Under the pieces are notes generated by a model. It worked only from the letters and a program-made list of their open reading frames with translations, ran no database searches and was not told the DNA's origin. From Geosiphon pyriformis uo1 (lineage: Eukaryota > Fungi > Glomeromycota): a stretch of DNA of 64,000 nt. The stretch spans positions 62,001 to 126,000 of the forward strand of contig JAAOMT010000512.1 of the NCBI GenBank assembly GCA_016748015.1, given 5' to 3'. A program made the position numbers and the translations under genes. Positions 54,346 through 64,000 of the stretch are shown here, in pieces. The number at the start of each line of letters is the position of its first letter. Position 1 is the first letter of the stretch.

Positions 54346-54406
54346 CTTTTGTTATATTTTCATTGGTATTGTTCTGGTTTTGTTATATTTTTGTGTTAAA
54401 ATGTTC

Positions 54407-57400
54407 TTAGATTTGTCTCATTTGTGACAAACCGTCAACATTTCCGTTGTCTTTTCTTTTTTTATAGTGTATAGTATAAGTATATCATGATAGTGCCATT
54501 TTCTATCTGGATTGGCAGCTGTCATCAAATTCTTGCTTTTGAAATAATGTTAACTCTTTATGATCCATGTATATATCAAACTTTTGGCTCAAGTATTCAT
54601 TCCACTTTATAACTGTCCAATAGATTGCTAAATGTTCTAATTCGGGTGTTTCATAGTTCTTTTCAGCTAGTGTTAGACCTCAGCTGGCATATGCTACTGG
54701 ATGTTTTCTGCTGTCTGGTTCCTTCTGAGATAGTACTGCTCCCAATGCTTAGCCGGATGCATCAGTGGTGATGATGAATGGTTTGTTATGATCTGAGTAG
54801 ATCAGTACTGGAGCTTGAATGAGCTTTCTTTTCAGAATATCAAAAGCTTCTTGTTGACTTTCTGTCCATTCATATTTGGTATTCTTGGTTTGCAGATTAT
54901 TGAGTGGTTGAGCTATCTTTGAAAAGTTCTTTATAAAGCGTCAATAGTAGCTTGTGAATCCCAAGAATGATTTCAATTCAGTTACATTAGTTAATACTGG
55001 AAAGTTCTTTACTATTTCTATTTTCTCTGGATCCATTTTGATGCTGTCTTTGCTGACTATGTATCCCAAGAATTTTAGTTCTGTCTTGCCAAAGAAGCAC
55101 TTTGTTGCATTTAACTTTAGTCCTGCTCTTCTCAGTCTTTCGAACACTTGTTGAAGATAATGAAGATGATCATCAAATGTTTTTGAGAATACGTTAGTGT
55201 CATCCAAGTATACAACTACTGATTTCTACAATAAGCCAGTATAAACAATTTTCATTAGCCATTAGAAAGTGGCTGGTGCATTGGTTAAACCGAATGGCAT
55301 TATTTCAAATTCAAAATTCCCTTCTCTCGTGGTAAATGCCATCTTCTCTTTGTCGGCTGGATCTATGGCTACTTGCCAGTAACCACTGTTTAAGTCTAAT
55401 GTTGAGAACCATTTGTTCTCACTAAAAACATCGAATAGTTCTTGTATCCGTGGAGTTAGATAGCTGTTTTCATAAGTTACATTATTTAGTTTTCTGTAGT
55501 CCACACAAAATCAGATCTTTCCATTCTTCTTTCAGACAAGTACTACTGGTAATGACCATGGGTTTATTGATGGCTGAATTAACTCATTGTCAAGCATCCA
55601 GTTGATCTCTTGATAGATGATTTCATGACTGGCTGGTGGTACTCTGTATGCTCGCTGTTTGATGAGCATTGCATTTCCAGTATTGATCTGATGCTGGATG
55701 ATGTCAGTTCGGCCAAATTTATTTTCACTGGCAAAAATGTCATTGAACTGGTTGAGCAACATCTTGAGTTGCATACATTGGAGTGGATCTAAGTTTTCCA
55801 TGTTCATTTGGTCCAATTGTTCTGGTTGGAGCAAATAACATTCACTTCGTCCATATATTGTTTGTGATATGATATCAACATATTCACAAAGTTGTGGAAA
55901 GTCTGGAATGGGGTTTGGTGGTTGATCCTCCATTTCAGTGTTTAAGTATCCAATAATAGTTCTGGCTGGTATTTCTATAACATTTTCTGTATTGTTGTAG
56001 ATGGGAATTTTGATATGGCTATAATCTTTGGCTGGTATGTGGAGATTGATAAGTCCAATTTCTCCTGATTCACAAAGACTGGCTTCTGCTTCAAAAATTT
56101 GTGCTTGGTCTTTTTCCTTCCTTTCTATTGCTAGCATGTACTGGTTATATAGTGAAATGGAAATAGCTTGACCGGTTGAGATAATTTTTCCTTGGCCAAC
56201 AATTTTTTCCTCTGCCATATTAACTGGTATATCTATTCTACCCATTGATCCGAATTCCTGTATTCTTTTTGCTGTTATTCCTAATTCCTCCCTCTTTCCT
56301 ACTGATACTAACTGAGCTATTCTAACCAGAGGCAGGAATATTGCCTGTGCTATTTTTTTGTTGGGCTCTATTATATAGACTTTTTCTGAGTCATTTTGTA
56401 GCATAGTAATGATATTTCCTACATATTCTGTGTCAATTATTCCTCCTCTTATATTAATCCCTCTTTTTGCTAAACTACTCCTGGATGCTAATTGAACCAT
56501 TGTTGTTGCCGGAATTTCTAGTGCTATTTTCAGATCAATGCAAATGTGTGAATGTGATTCCAATTTGATGGCTTCTGTTCCCAGATATTTCAGATCAAAT
56601 CCTGCATCCATATTGTGTACGCATTCTGGCCTAATACCTTCATTATTATCACTAAACTATTTCAGTTCTTGTTCCTTGGTGAGGTCAGGAAGCACGATAT
56701 ATTGTTCATAACTTGAGTCAGAGTTTGAATCTGAATTGATATTGTTGTCATTGTCATTGCTGTTTTGAATGGAACTGGAACCATTATTCTCATCATCATT
56801 GTTGTCAGAGTTTGAATCAGGATTGAGCAGCAATTCCAACTCTGATGTGCAGCTGCTGATTGATTCTTCCTCTTCGGGGATCGTGTAGATCATGCATGGT
56901 GGTGGATTGTAAATGAGGTCACAATTGTCACAATATTCAAAGTTACTGAGAATTAAACAATGGCAACACAGTCTTGTATTCAATTGTGCTAGCCATTGTT
57001 CTTGTTTTTTTCTAGTGAGTGCCAAGTTTTGGTAGTGTTCATGGAACTCTTCTGGTTCCAGAAAATTTATGACTGGTTCTGCATCCCAGTCAAGCCCAAT
57101 GGGTTCTGGTGGGTTGTTTTTAATTGTCCTAATTTCTTCTGATGACGCGCCTTCAATTTTGGCGGTTGCCATCTGCCATAATTCATTGTCATCATGTGGA
57201 CAACTGTTCAATTGCTGTATAGCTCTTCTCCAGGCGGCTTCTATGGGTGTTCTTTTTTCGATCCAGTTGCTGATAAGGATCGTGTATTGGCAGGACACAT
57301 TGTACGTTCCTCCTCTTTCCAGAATGTTGTTCCATATTTCTTTATCTAGCAGGATCTTGTTACAAGCAAAACAAGGTTGGCTATCCCATTTTCCTTGCCT

Positions 57401-60400
57401 CTTTGGTCATCCAAAGTGTTCGAGTAAGCATAAATAACAGTAAAACTTTGTTGCGGTGTGGTATTTCTCATTGTTGCCACAGCATGTGCCCATTGATGAC
57501 AGTTTCTTGCCACAATTGATGCACACAAGCCTTGGCCGTCAATAATTGGATTGTTGTGGAGTGTGGTGGGTGTAGGAATTATAAATGGCGGTGGTTGGTG
57601 GTGTTCTTTCTTTCTTTTCTTTTCCTTTTCCTTTATCTTCATTCCATTCTCAACTGGAGGCTTCTTCTTGTTCATTGTCAGTTCAAGTCAGATTGTCGGT
57701 TTCCCAGATAAGTTCGTTTGTCTGCTTTCTTTTCCCATTGTCATCCCAAGAGAGTATTGGTGGCAGCTTGTTGTGTTCTTTGTCAGCCCACAACACTTGG
57801 TAGGCTTCCCAAATAGGTTTTGGTTTTTCTTCCTTGAAGTTGATTAGTGGTGCCATGGTGTTGGTAACCTTGAAGTGGTCATACATTGCTAGTATGCATG
57901 TGTGTCGCCCATTCTGGCTGAGTTGAAGCTCTTGTGTATTCCAGTCCAGAATAGTGTTTGTCTTGGACAGCCAGTCATTACCAATTAGAGCTTGGTATTG
58001 GGTGGCTTCCATAACAAGTACTTTGATTGGTACTATGATGCCGTTAATTTTGATTAGTAAGTTATCGATTTCACCGATTGGAGTTTTGGTCGCTCCATTA
58101 GCCGTAATGATTCTGGCACTAGCAGCTCGATCAACTTGGCAACTTAATTGATCCATAAGTTGTCATGTGATGATGCTGTCTGCTAAACCACTGTCAAAAA
58201 TTAGTTTGATGTGATGACCATCAATTTTTGCATCAGTGTACATGGCAGTAATTGGCTTTTTTTTCAGTGCGGCTCCACTAAATAATGGCATGTTTGACAG
58301 TTCCTCGAGTTTGAATGGAAAAATAGCATCCAGTGATTCATTGTTAGTGACTGTTGCTGGCAGAATATTGCTAGTACATGTTTGTTGTTTTTGGGTGGGT
58401 TCTTGGTTGCTGGGTGAGGCATCTTCTGGGGTAACCAGGAGACTTAAATAGTTCTGGAAATTTGGGTTTTGGGGATTCCCAGCATCTGAATTCCATTGAT
58501 GAGATCCTGTTTGACTGAAAGGGCTGGGGATTGGCTGATAAACTACTATCGACAATCTCCAGTTTTGCTGTGTGATTCTCGGCCTTTGGATTCCACTGGC
58601 CAGTAAGTTTTGTGGTGGGGTCTGAATTGTTTGGGGTTGATAGATTGTTGGCGGTTGTGGTTGATACATTACCTGTGGCTGTTGCTGATAAATTGGGGCT
58701 GTTGGTTGATAAATTGGCACTTGATATACTGGTGGTTGATAAATCAATTGTTGTGTCATTGGCAGGTAAGTAGTTTGATATTGTGTTGAGTTTGATTGAT
58801 GATTCAGAGTTGAGAACTGGCAATCGGGGTTTTGATATTGATTCCCCAATCATTGGTTATTTAAACACTGGCAGCAGTCGATTTGAATATGTTCTTGTTT
58901 ACCACAATAGTGGCAAATACATGTTTTCTGTTGCTATTGTTGATTGGTTGATGAAGATAGACGTAATTGATTTTGGCCACAAGTAGAGTTTCCTTGATTG
59001 TTGTGTCATTGTGGAGACTGATAAATGGTGTGATTGTCAGCTAAATATCCTTCTAATCTCTTATTAATTGTTTCACTGAACTTCTCTAATTTGGAATCCA
59101 ATTCAGACAATCCATTCATTACTAGATTAATGGCTTGGGCATGATTGGCCTCTGACTCAGCAGATTCAAAATCTCTGGCATGTGTGACTACATCTTGAAG
59201 TGTGCCTGGATGCAATGGATGTACATGTTGCAAGATGCTGCTGTACAGACCATGGATAAACTGGTTGAGGATCTGTGGTGCTGTGAAATAGTTAACGTCA
59301 ATTGCTTGAATTTGGTGCAGATTTTGATAAAAGCATCTTAGGTAAATGGTGACTGCTTTAGTTTCTCTTTGTTTTATGGTGGTGAACGTGTTGATTAGGT
59401 GATTGATGCTGTTATTGTTGCTGAAGTATCTTAGGAATTCCACTTTGAAGGCATCAAAATCTTGTGATTTATTAATCAAGCTCTGGTACCATGAATTGGT
59501 GGTATCTTTAAGAAAGTAGAGAATGGCTTGCATTGCTCGGGTGTCATTCCATCCATTAGCTGCAATGGCTTTTTCTATATCATTTAGCCATACTTGAACA
59601 TTGTCCTCTTCGCTGGTAAAGTTGTCAAGTTTTGCGATTGGTGTGTAGGTCATTGGATCTAAGTTGAGTGGTTGTGGTGGCTGTTGCTAGAGTTGTTGAA
59701 GAGGTAACAGTTGTTGGGGTGGTACTTGAGATAGTTGAATTGGCTCACCAATAGGCTCAATTAGTGGTTGATTGATAACAATAACTGGAGGTAGGTTTTG
59801 CTGATGAATTAACTCAGGGTTTTGATTTCTTTGATTTGGCGGGGTTTGAATATTCGGCATTTTGATTTCCAAATTTTCTAAATGTTGCTGAGTTTGAATG
59901 TTCGGGTTTTCTAGGATTGGGTTTTGGTAATTAAATTCCTGATTTTTTTTTTTTTTTTCTTCTGATTCAGTAATTTTCTAGGGACTGATGGTTCTGAAAT
60001 CTGGCTGATGAGGCAGGGATCGAAATCCTGATGGTGTTGGCAATCTTGATTTAAATCCTTCAAAATAATCACCATATGCTTCTAATAGTTCATTTTTTTT
60101 TGTTTACTCTAAAATGCGATTCTTGCTAGTGGCGTCTTTGTACTAGTGAACGCATCTGCTGATGTGATGTTGATGGTACTTCTGGGCGTGTAATAGTATG
60201 ATAAATATATCAGAGATTCGATTCTTTGTTTCTTCCAGTTAGGAATTTGTATTCCTTTAGATGTTACTGCTGGTGTCTGTAGTCTTTCTTTGCCTTGTCC
60301 TGATAAGTAATAGAGAATGTTCTTTGTGTATATCTTTCAATTTCTTGGTTGATTTCTCTGATGATGGGTGCAAAGCTGTGATTTCTTGGTAAGTTGGTGT

Positions 60401-60611
60401 GTTGGATTAGTTCCAAATAGAAATTTTCTCTTGCTGATTCAATGTCAACTGGTCTTCTTAGAAAATTGGTGATTTTTTTGTTGATGTAGAAGTTGAAAGC
60501 TGATTCTGCTGGGTAATGGTTGTTGTTTAGGCCTAGCTGCTGGCTGTACTGTTAAAATAAAGATTTCATGAATCCTAAATGGTTTGTCCCTATTATTTCT
60601 GATTCTGCCAT
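54407..60611 (-). pseudogene. A3 gag-PR-Cys-rich domain-dUTPase-RT-RNaseH polyprotein gene, disrupted
   Basis: Gag 59006-59653, PR 57683-58849, Cys-rich 56657-57540, dUTPase and RT start in the 359-aa ORF 55532-56611, RT 54941-55504 with YLDD. Confidence 0.95.
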
Positions 60612-60673
60612 TTTTGGTTTGGTGTTGTCGGTGCTGGTTCTTTGTAAGATTATACTTTACAGGAAGCACCAAA

Positions 60674-61551
60674 TGTTACAGGTAATTATTTCTGCTGTTG
60701 AATTAAATAACAAACCCATAACTTGGTGCTCAAAAGCTATTTCCATTGATGATGTTCTGTAAGTGTTGTATCTGAAGGTTTTGATGGAGTCCTTTGTATA
60801 ACGAACAGAGATTCAATAGTGTTGATAATAGATGTATCTTTCCAAAAGTTTTCCCAATTTCTTTCTCAGCGTGATGGCCAGATTTAGTCTGGCAGTTGTG
60901 CCCTTCTGGTAAGCTATCCGATAATATATAAAATCCTACTCTTATTTCTGAGTCTTTTACCAGGCTATCCTTGACATCAATAACTCAGTGCTTAATCTCT
61001 TAATCAATTAGTATACAACAACAAAATCAAAGAAAGAAAAAAAATAAAATAAAATAAAGAAAATAAAATAAGAAAATAGAGAAAATAAGCCAAGATAATT
61101 TGGTACATTAATATCTTGTCAATAGCCATGATCAAGAGCTATTGTTCCAGCATGGTTAAGTATCAATTACTATTAACATGAAATGTTGATAGTGAAGAGT
61201 GGTTTTGAGATATGAAATATTTATTTATTTAATAATTTGTGTTTCTGGGCTAAGGATTCTGTTGTATCAATTCTGTCTTTTCTGTTTCTAACACTACTGT
61301 TATATATACATAATTGAGATTTCTCAATTCCTCAATTCTTCATGACAGGAATCCTGGAATTCTTGGAATCCTGCGATTCCTATGAGAGGAATCCTGGAAT
61401 TCTGGAATCCTGCAATTTCTTGTCGGAGAATCCTGAAATTCCTGGAATCTTGCAATTCCTGAGAGAAATTCTGGAATTTCACATTTACTATGCCTACTTC
61501 TGATTGGCTAATAATTATGCTAATATATTTTCTATATTTCTATGAATAACA
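60674..61551 (-). repeat. A3 5' LTR (878 bp)
   Basis: TGTTA...TAACA termini; PBS adjacent at ~60660-60671. Confidence 0.95.
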
Positions 61552-62619
61552 GCATGCTAATATGTTGGCCAATTCAGCTACAAGTTCGAATGTGGTGCTT
61601 TCTGTTTTGGTTAAAGAAATGTTTGTTAAGACTGGTAGAGTGGCAGTCTCTAATAATGTTTAGCATTTTGCTTGGGATGTTTTTAGGACTGTGAATCATG
61701 CTTGCTGGGAGGTTGGACCTGGTTCTGCTGTTATTGACAAAAATATGATTAGTAATGTGAATTGGGTTTATACTGCTTCAGTCTGACACTTGAACTTACA
61801 CATAGTAACTGGTTTTACCAGCAAGTCTACTGCTGATCTGTGCTTGTATTTTTTGAAAGCTCTGTATTGTCACCTGCCAGTTGCTGTGTAGAAGTGCTTG
61901 TATAACAGAGATTATCCGAATGTTTTGTGTCTTTATTGTGGAGAGGTGGAGAGCTCTAATCACTCCTTTGTGTGTGCATTTGACTCTGAAGTCTGTAAGA
62001 ATCTACTTGTCTCTCATCTGGCTAAGTGGTATGCTGTATTTGGTTTGGGTTTCTTTTTGTCTTAGATTTCACAAGTGCTTTCTTTGTGTACATCTGATGA
62101 TGTATTATACACTATTTTGAACAAAGGCTTTTTGTTTAGAAATTGGTAATTAGAGGCTGTTTCTGTTTTAGATGATGCAAAATTTGCAAAAAGGGTTATT
62201 ATTGACTTTGTTTGGGGTTTTTGTACTACTTATCATGTTAACATATGATTAGTTAGAGCCAAATATAAAGTCTTTATGGAGAAAGGTGGTTTAGTTTCTT
62301 ATGATGATACTGTTTTTCTTGTAACTTGAGGTCTGTCATCTTTGCTCTTGACTGGAATAGTTAGGTTGTTTGGAGTTGCTGAGGTTCTTGGCATTTGTTT
62401 TGGTTTTTGTAAACCATGCTGTTTTTTTTCTGGTGTTGATAATGTAGTGTCTGTTATAATAGATTTGTAATATTGCTCTGATCAGTTTGAGTGGCTGGTC
62501 ATGTGTAAAAAATGCATAATTTGTGTCTAGTTTAGATCACTTAGTTTGATGTATTGTGTTAGATAACATTTGGGCCTCATTTATTAAATGTTAATAATAA
62601 AAAATAAAAAATAAAAAAT

Positions 62620-64000
62620 TGAACATAAAAATAACTCAAAAAATAATAATAATTTAAATAACTTTATAAAATAAATTATAATATAATTAAATAATTATAT
62701 AAAAAAATTATTAAAGTTTTTTAATTTAAAAAATTAATTAAAAATGGCTAAAAAAGTTAGAAAAAACAATTTCTAATAACATATTATTTTTATTACTTAA
62801 GACAACAATTAAATATCCAAAAAATATTTAAAAAAATAATAATACAATAAATAAAACATATTATTAGAAAAAACAACTTAATAATTTACTTAAAAATAAT
62901 ATACTAAATATATTTAATATTTTACAAATACAATAAAATATTATTACATTTAATTATAAAAATATTAACAATAAACCAACTGAAAAAAATAATTAATTTA
63001 TAATTTAAAAAACTGAAAACAGAAAATTTTAATATTATAATAAAAAAAAGTACTTAAATTTATTTATTTAAAAATCTAATAAATTTTGTTAAAACTTAAT
63101 ATTAAAAAAAATTTATTATTACTTATAAAATAAAACAAAAAAATAATAATAAATAAAAACATAATATATTTAACTAATAATATAGTATAAATTATTTAAG
63201 TAAATAATATTAACAATTTCAAGAATATTAACAAAAATACTAAAAAATTTAGCAATAATTTAAGAAAAATTTAAAAATTACTAAAAATTCCAGGTATTTT
63301 TTTTTATAAAAATTTATGTATTTATAATAATAACTGTAAAAACAAAAAAAAACAAACAATTTTAATTCAACTTTTATTAAGTAATTTTAATAGTTAACAA
63401 TCTAATATTTAAAATAAATACTTATTTAAATTAATTTTATTATTTAAATTATTTAATATTTTATATTTATAAATTTATATTTATCTTGTTAAAATTTCAA
63501 GTTAATACTAATAGTATTAATACAATATTATTAACAATATTAAAACAAATACTCTTAATTATTATTATTAATAAAATATTAATTTCTATTTTTATTATTT
63601 TTAATTTTTTAAGTTTTGTTTTTTGTTTATTAATTGGTTAAAAAAAAGTACTAAAATTATAATATCAAAAATTATCTAATAAAAAATACAAAAAATAATA
63701 TAAAAATAATCAAAAAACTAAAATTTTTTATTAAAAAGATAAAAAACATTAGAATAAACTAATTACTATATTAAAAAAATTAATTAAATATTATTTACTA
63801 TTATTATTAAATTTTTGTTTATTATACAAAAAACTCAATTATAAAAATTTTTAAATATTCCAAAACTTTCAGATTATAATTAAAATTAAAAAGACTAACT
63901 TATAGAATAATATACTAATTCATAATTTATAATAACATAAAACTGGTTTAATTTTTTACTTAATTTGTTTTAGTTATAAATTTAATATTAATACAATATT
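62620..64000. other. Extremely AT-rich eroded DNA
   Basis: No ORFs; contains an inverted homolog of ~50350-50850. Confidence 0.7.

Larger units (their letters stand above)
51394..61551 (-). mobile_element. Ty3/Gypsy LTR retrotransposon A3, uninterrupted (10.2 kb)
   Basis: LTRs at 51394-52268 and 60674-61551. Perfect TSD GCAT (51390-51393 / 61552-61555). PBS TGGTGCTTCCTG and PPT AAAAGGAGGGAA on the minus strand. Confidence 0.96.
51295..62610 (+). mobile_element. 5'-truncated non-LTR retrotransposon (LINE) fragment: RNase H end, CCHC knuckle, 3' UTR; interrupted by A3
   Basis: Joining across A3 gives NVSWYKIKKHLNVLGNKH|ANMLA, a decayed RNase H W.KVKGHSG..GNE.AD.LA motif. CLYCGEVESSNHSFVC at ~61928-61975. 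Stop ~62470, then an A-rich tail. Confidence 0.82.

Noticed and set aside
58371-58853. Long Ser/Thr/Asn-rich overlapping ORF in the gag-PR linker, also at 32468-32914
   Set aside because: It is an alternate frame of a CAA/CCA-rich low-complexity Gag region that lacks stops by composition. Its ATG probably arose by CpG decay. The Q/P/Y-rich frame is the one continuous with Gag and PR.
61881-62120. 79-aa ORF from the track
   Set aside because: Wrong frame; the LINE CCHC motif is in another, stop-interrupted frame

Overview
No host genes are visible. The window is a nested stack of decayed, probably fungal, retroelements; Glomeromycotina/Geosiphon-like is my inference from protein style and AT richness. 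Two related Ty3/Gypsy LTR families, here called A and B, are nested four deep, and six insertions are bounded by matching 4-bp target-site duplications (TSDs). B1 (<1-48963, +) contains A1 (2511-42943, +). A1 contains a solo A-LTR (4967-5836) and B2 (9562-39374, +). B2 contains B3 (10543-20423, -), inserted in B2's primer-binding site (PBS), and A2 (25570-35640, -). A3 (51394-61551, -) sits in the RNase H of a LINE fragment. The rest is extremely AT-rich eroded DNA. All six elements share an unusual layout: one Gag-protease-Cys-rich domain-dUTPase-RT-RNaseH frame ending in a conserved TAA, then a separate integrase ORF behind a 31-67 nt spacer that does not preserve frame, then a third ~220-235 aa ORF that is homologous between the families and abuts the PPT/3' LTR. 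All copies are broken by C>T/G>A decay. The B3 insertion created a ~2 kb LTR palindrome whose arms show a 136-bp homogenised tract.
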